Source: Pseudobacteriovorax sp.
GTDB lineage: Bacteria > Bdellovibrionota_B > Oligoflexia > Oligoflexales > Oligoflexaceae
Length of the DNA stretch: 12,371 bases
Assembly: GCA_050293845.1 (NCBI GenBank)
Contig: JBNKNM010000170.1
Span: 1 to 12,371, forward strand
Reading direction: 5' to 3'
Part shown: positions 8,865-12,371 of the stretch, in pieces
Layout: each line of letters opens with the position of its first letter
How positions within the stretch are numbered: the first letter of the stretch is position 1
Notes under the pieces: generated by a model
Database searches by the model: none
What the model was told of the DNA's origin: nothing
Seen by the model: only the letters and a program-made list of their open reading frames with translations
Translations under genes and position numbers: made by a program

Positions 8865-9167
8865 CTAGAATTCTCTTTTTGATAGCGACAATATTTCGTT
8901 GATATTAAAATTTTGATATTGTTCACGGATTTTAAATCTTTCATAGGAAGCATCGGTCTTTTCCACAAAAGAGCCAGCTTGCAGCTTTTTAAGTCTGATC
9001 TTTAACGCCATGTCTTCTTTATCAAGTTTCTTGTTAAAGCTCTCTTGCTCCTTATATTTCGATCCCCGACAGCTAACAACAATCCAGCGCTGCTTTTTCC
9101 AACCATAATTTGATATCGCTTCGAAATACTTAAAGTCCTTGTCAACTTTGGTCCTAAGCTGGCGTTT
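8865..9167 (-). pseudogene. Internal fragment of an IS1634-like DDE transposase
   Basis: Hand translation of a frame with no N-terminal start: KRQLRTKVDKDFKYFEAISNYGWKKQRWIVVSCRGSKYKEQESFNKKLDKEDMALKIRLKKLQAGSFVEKTDA... This resembles the YGG..QRWLVV.S...helical...F.CE.DA segment I recall from IS1634-family transposases. Assignment is by pattern recognition only. Confidence 0.6.
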
Positions 9168-9292
9168 CTACCATGCTTGCTTTATAGAAACAAATCTCAT
9201 ATTTGCTCTGGTTCCTGCTTCTACAATAGCTTCTGCATCAAGGTAATCATTCTTGTTTGATTTTAAGATGGCTTTATAAACTGAGGTGAAAT
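9168..9292 (-). pseudogene. Fragment of an IS110/IS1111-family transposase (end of DEDD domain), frameshifted
   Basis: ISPQFIKP [1-nt frameshift at ~9269] LKSNKNDYLDAEAIVEAGTRANMRFVSIKQAW* matches the characteristic IS110-family motif I.PQFVKPFVK.NKND..DAEAI.EA..R..MRFV..K. Confidence 0.85.
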
Positions 9293-9319
9293 CGATCCCA
9301 AGCACGTTAACATTTATGG

Positions 9320-9387
9320 TGAATCCCCCTCAAATTTCGTTTTCGTATACTTCATAATACAACTTTAAGGTATTTGAGGTGGATTCA
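9320..9387. repeat. 68-bp element bounded by 16-bp inverted repeats
   Basis: TGAATCCCCCTCAAAT (9320-9335) / ATTTGAGGTGGATTCA (9372-9387), one mismatch, 36-nt spacer. Confidence 0.7.
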
Positions 9388-9410
9388 TCCCATTACTACC
9401 CTTCTGGACT

Positions 9411-10019
9411 TTATCTACCTTTCTGAAGAGACATAAGAGCTGCATTGACTTCTTTGTTGGCAGCTCTAACTTTATAATTCTCGTTAGCATATGCATAGGC
9501 TATTTTGCCGTCTTTGCCGACCACATACACTGCTGGAATCGGTAGAAGATGATGGGTTTCACCCGAGGCGGCTTCAAGATCAATCTTATATTTTTCTTTA
9601 TAGGTCTTGACTAGGTCGTTCGGTACGGTAAATGCGAGGCCCATCGACTTTACGATTTTTGCTTTGCTATCGCTCACTATGTGCCAATCGCCTTTTAAAT
9701 TTCCTTTGGTAATCTTTGCCTCATCCGGCTTATCAACACTGATTGCCACAATCTTACCGTTTAATTTGCTAAGAACTGGTAAAACTTCTTGGTTTACACC
9801 TTGCAGCTGGCGATTACAATAAGGGCACCAACCACCTCGATAAAATAAAACCACTAGAGGACCTTGTTGCGTCAGCATCCGAGTATCGACTTTTTTACCG
9901 GTGATATCTTGGGTCATAAAGTGAGGAAAGTCGGCTCCTTTAGACAGGCCGGGCTGAGCACAAACTGCGGGTAACGAAAACAATAGCAAGGAAAGAAGTA
10001 GCAATGACCTGCTTAACAT
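9411..10019 (-). CDS. Exported peroxiredoxin-like (AhpC/TSA, redoxin) protein
   Basis: GPLVVLFYRGGWCPYCNRQL (CxxC), IVAISVD, LPIPAVYVVGKDGKIAYAY; N-terminal signal peptide. Start moved to ATG 10019 because GGAG lies 6 nt upstream of it. Confidence 0.88.
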   Translation of the reverse strand: MLSRSLLLLSLLLFSLPAVCAQPGLSKGADFPHFMTQDITGKKVDTRMLTQQGPLVVLFYRGGWCPYCNRQLQGVNQEVLPVLSKLNGKIVAISVDKPDEAKITKGNLKGDWHIVSDSKAKIVKSMGLAFTVPNDLVKTYKEKYKIDLEAASGETHHLLPIPAVYVVGKDGKIAYAYANENYKVRAANKEVNAALMSLQKGR

Positions 10020-10471
10020 AGAGGACTCCAAAATTTTTAAATGTTTCGGGAGTCTAGAATGAGCTCCCCCAAAACCAAAACCGATGAAAAAATACTGCCA
10101 GAAGTACAGTATCCTTTACTTCGAACCTTCACGGTATCAGGTTTCAATCAAGAAAAAAGAATCTGTATCATGCAGAAACGCTACCGCTTGACTTATAATA
10201 TACAGTAGTGTCGCAAACTTGTAACCATATGATTAATCGAGTAAATTCTGATCTTCCTTTTACGCTGGAGGGTATTAAATGGTAGACTCAAAAGGTTCCC
10301 AGTTTGAAAAATCAATCATCTTCCAGCATGTCAAATGATACCTTAGATATCCTCTGGGACTCCACGGAAGACCTAGCCAGTAAAAGAATTCAGCGGTAAG
10401 TATTCCACAATTTTGAATTTTTGCAGAAAGGTTTGTCCCTTCGCTGTCTGTAGATCTCTCAAAAAGCTAAT

Positions 10472-10571
10472 TATAGAGATTCAGGTAAGTGATTTAGATT
10501 AGTCTAGATAAACCAATTAGTTACAAAGGATTCAAGTCCAAAATTCCAAATTCTCTATCTGAATCTCTATA
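10472..10571. mobile_element. Putative MITE (100 bp including TA flanks), IS630/Tc1-mariner-type ends
   Basis: TATAGAGATTCAGGTA (10472-10487) / TATCTGAATCTCTATA (10556-10571): a 16-bp terminal inverted repeat with one mismatch and the outer 13 bp perfect. Both ends are TA, and the interior is AT-rich and non-coding. Confidence 0.65.
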
Positions 10572-10714
10572 GCAGTTCCGTTCCATAAAGCCACAACGAC
10601 ATGATTAGTGTATTTGATAACCCAAAAACTACAACCGTTGGTAAGATCACGACCATTATGATAAACCTAGACTTTGAGAAATTTCGAACTAATACCCTAG
10701 TTTACGGAGGAAAT

Positions 10715-11935
10715 ATGGTGGCTTTGAGCAAACGCTTTGACTTTAAAAATCTAAATGGAGAGTCGTTGGCAGGACGATTGGAGCTACCAGCACTGCGACT
10801 AAGAGCTATTGCTATTTTCGCCCATTGCTTCACCTGCTCCAAGAACAGCGCAGCAGCCTCAAGAATATCCCGCAGCCTCACCCAATCAGGTATTGGCGTT
10901 CTTAGATTTGATTTTACCGGCCTTGGCAACAGCGAAGGAGACTTCTCTAATAGCAACTTTTCATCCAATATCGAAGATATCCTTGCGGCTTCTGCAGCCC
11001 TTAAGAAGGAGTTTACACTGCAGCCTAGCATTCTTATCGGCCACAGCCTAGGTGGAGCAGCGGTATTGGCTGCAGCTCCGAAAATGCCAGATATCAAGGC
11101 AGTTGTCGCCATCGCAGCACCTAGTGATGCCAGCCATGTAACCGCTAACTTCAGGTGTAGCCTGGACACCATCAATCAGCAGGGTGTCGCTGAAGTTGAG
11201 CTGGCTGGGCGTACGTTCACCATAAAAAAACAGTTTCTTGACGACCTAAATGAGTCCGATATTTTGGCTGGCTTATCTAACTATCGGGGGGCAACCTTAG
11301 TGATGCACTCCCCTATAGATAATATCGTTGCCATCGATCATGCAGCGAAAATTTTCCAGGGAGCTCGCCATCCGCGCAGCTTTATTTCTTTAGATCAGAC
11401 CGATCACCTCATTTCTAAGGCCGAAGATTCTGCTTACATCGCCCAACTGATCGGCGCTTGGGTTAAAAGATATTTGGATAGCTCCGAGGAGCAGGAAATG
11501 CAGCAATCAGAACATAGTGTGCGGGTATCTTCCATCGAAGGTCTCCATTTTACCCAACAGGTGCAAAGCCGTTACCACACCTTTTTTGCCGATGAACCTA
11601 GGCAGCTGGGTGGCAACGATCACGGACCGACTCCCTATGAGCTGCTCCTAGCCAGCCTTGGGACCTGCACTGCCATAACCCTTCAGATGTATGCCCAAAG
11701 AAAAAAGTGGGACCTAAGCGGGGTTGAGGTAGAACTTAGTCACAACAAGATCCACGCGGAAGACTGCCAGCATTGTCAAACCCCTAAAGGCCTAATTGAT
11801 CAGATTAATAAGTCAATAACTTTGACAGGTGATCTCGACAGCGAGCAAAGATCTCGCCTCATGGAAATCGCCGAAAAATGTCCTGTGAATCGCACTCTTA
11901 AATCTGAAATTTCCATTGTTGCGGGAGATACTTAG
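10715..11935 (+). CDS. Bifunctional alpha/beta-hydrolase / OsmC-domain protein
   Basis: [25 protein letters not shown], nucleophile [20 protein letters not shown]-terminal OsmC domain [24 protein letters not shown]...[10 protein letters not shown]. Start moved from 10601 to 10715 (GGAGG RBS at 10706-10710). Confidence 0.92.
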   Translation: MVALSKRFDFKNLNGESLAGRLELPALRLRAIAIFAHCFTCSKNSAAASRISRSLTQSGIGVLRFDFTGLGNSEGDFSNSNFSSNIEDILAASAALKKEFTLQPSILIGHSLGGAAVLAAAPKMPDIKAVVAIAAPSDASHVTANFRCSLDTINQQGVAEVELAGRTFTIKKQFLDDLNESDILAGLSNYRGATLVMHSPIDNIVAIDHAAKIFQGARHPRSFISLDQTDHLISKAEDSAYIAQLIGAWVKRYLDSSEEQEMQQSEHSVRVSSIEGLHFTQQVQSRYHTFFADEPRQLGGNDHGPTPYELLLASLGTCTAITLQMYAQRKKWDLSGVEVELSHNKIHAEDCQHCQTPKGLIDQINKSITLTGDLDSEQRSRLMEIAEKCPVNRTLKSEISIVAGDT

Positions 11936-11960
11936 AAGAAAAACTAGCACTTAACTCACA

Positions 11961-12371
11961 GAAGGGAGAGGGAAGGGAGAGGAAGGAAGGGAGAGGACGG
12001 AGCTTCTGAAGGGGGAGGACGAAGCAAAAACAACGAAGGGGGAGGACGCGAATGAAGGGGGAGGACGAAGCAAAAACAGAAGAGGGAGGAAGAGGGAGGA
12101 CGGAGCTTCAAGGCCATGAAGAGGGAGGACGAAGAGGGAGCAAGAGGGAGAAGAGAGAAGAGGGAGGACGGAAGAGGGAGGACGGAGCTTCAAGGCCAAA
12201 AAGAGGGAGGACGGAGCTTCAAGGCCATGAAATTAAGCCAAAAAGTTCTCCAAAAACTACTTAAACTCCCAATACAGCTTGAAGAGGGAGGACGAAGAGG
12301 GAGGACGGAGCTTCAAGGCCATGAAATTAAGCCAAAAAGTTCTCCAAAAACTACTTAAACTCCCAATACAG
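11961..12371 (+). repeat. Purine-rich array of 5'-anchored, variably truncated repeat units, running to the window end
   Basis: GAAGGGAGAGG x3 (11961, 11972, 11986); GAAGGGGGAGGACG x3 (12008, 12035, 12054); AAGAGGGAG x10 (12080, 12090, 12119, 12132, 12142, 12158, 12172, 12201, 12282, 12295). Includes an exact 77-bp direct repeat at 12201-12277 / 12295-12371. Confidence 0.9.

Noticed and set aside
8453..8968. ORFs 8453-8716 +, 8659-8868 + and 8762-8968 -
   Set aside because: No recognisable motifs. They overlap the spondin start/promoter or are off-frame readings of the IS remnant.
9168..9410. Functional IS110 bridge-RNA recombination system
   Set aside because: Only ~40 frameshifted codons of the transposase remain. 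The adjacent inverted repeat cannot be tied to an IS110 non-coding end from sequence alone.
10047..10112. Small hairpins (GGGAG/CTCCC; ATACTG/CAGTAT) in the peroxiredoxin leader as a riboswitch
   Set aside because: Stems of only 5-6 bp and no known riboswitch consensus.
10230..10470. Possible decayed gene next to the MITE
   Set aside because: The minus-strand frames I translated give only short open stretches with no motif I can recognise.
10601..10714. 38-residue N-terminal extension of the hydrolase-OsmC protein
   Set aside because: A strong GGAGG precedes ATG 10715 and family-like sequence begins there.
271..11175. Short alternative-frame or antisense ORFs inside real genes (271-513, 1025-1285, 1545-1793, 2434-2667, 4763-5233, 5333-5560, 6011-6205, 7127-7315, 8195-8446, 9607-9822, 10702-11175, 10809-11051)
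   Set aside because: Shadow ORFs overlapping well-supported CDSs, with no recognisable motifs.
11951..12358. Three short ORFs in the repeat tract (11951-12199 -, 12052-12264 +, 12116-12358 +)
   Set aside because: Low-complexity translations; the frames stay open because the purine-rich repeat lacks stops, and unit lengths do not preserve frame.
11961..12371. CRISPR array
   Set aside because: No constant-length repeat, no unique spacers (inter-core sequence is itself repeated) and no cas genes in the window.

Overview
Bacterial DNA, moderately AT-rich; the taxon cannot be determined from sequence alone. The window opens with the 3' part of an unrecognised, probably secreted protein and a strong hairpin. 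Next is a complete six-gene heme uptake/utilisation operon preceded by Fur boxes: TonB-dependent receptor, HmuY-family lipoprotein, HmuT/U/V ABC transporter and HemS/ChuS-type heme-processing protein, closed by an intrinsic terminator. An accessory region follows with a Spondin_N-domain secreted protein, a patch of dead IS fragments missed by the ORF track (IS110-like joined in frame to IS1634-like), a 68-bp inverted-repeat element, an exported peroxiredoxin-like protein, a 100-bp TA-flanked MITE and an alpha/beta-hydrolase-OsmC fusion. The most unusual feature is the last ~410 bp. It is an array of 16 purine-rich units that share a 5' start (GAAG-purines-AGGACG), stop at different 3' lengths and fall into three sequence-variant blocks. 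It resembles repeated re-initiated copying from a fixed site more than a normal tandem repeat or CRISPR, but an assembly artefact must be excluded.
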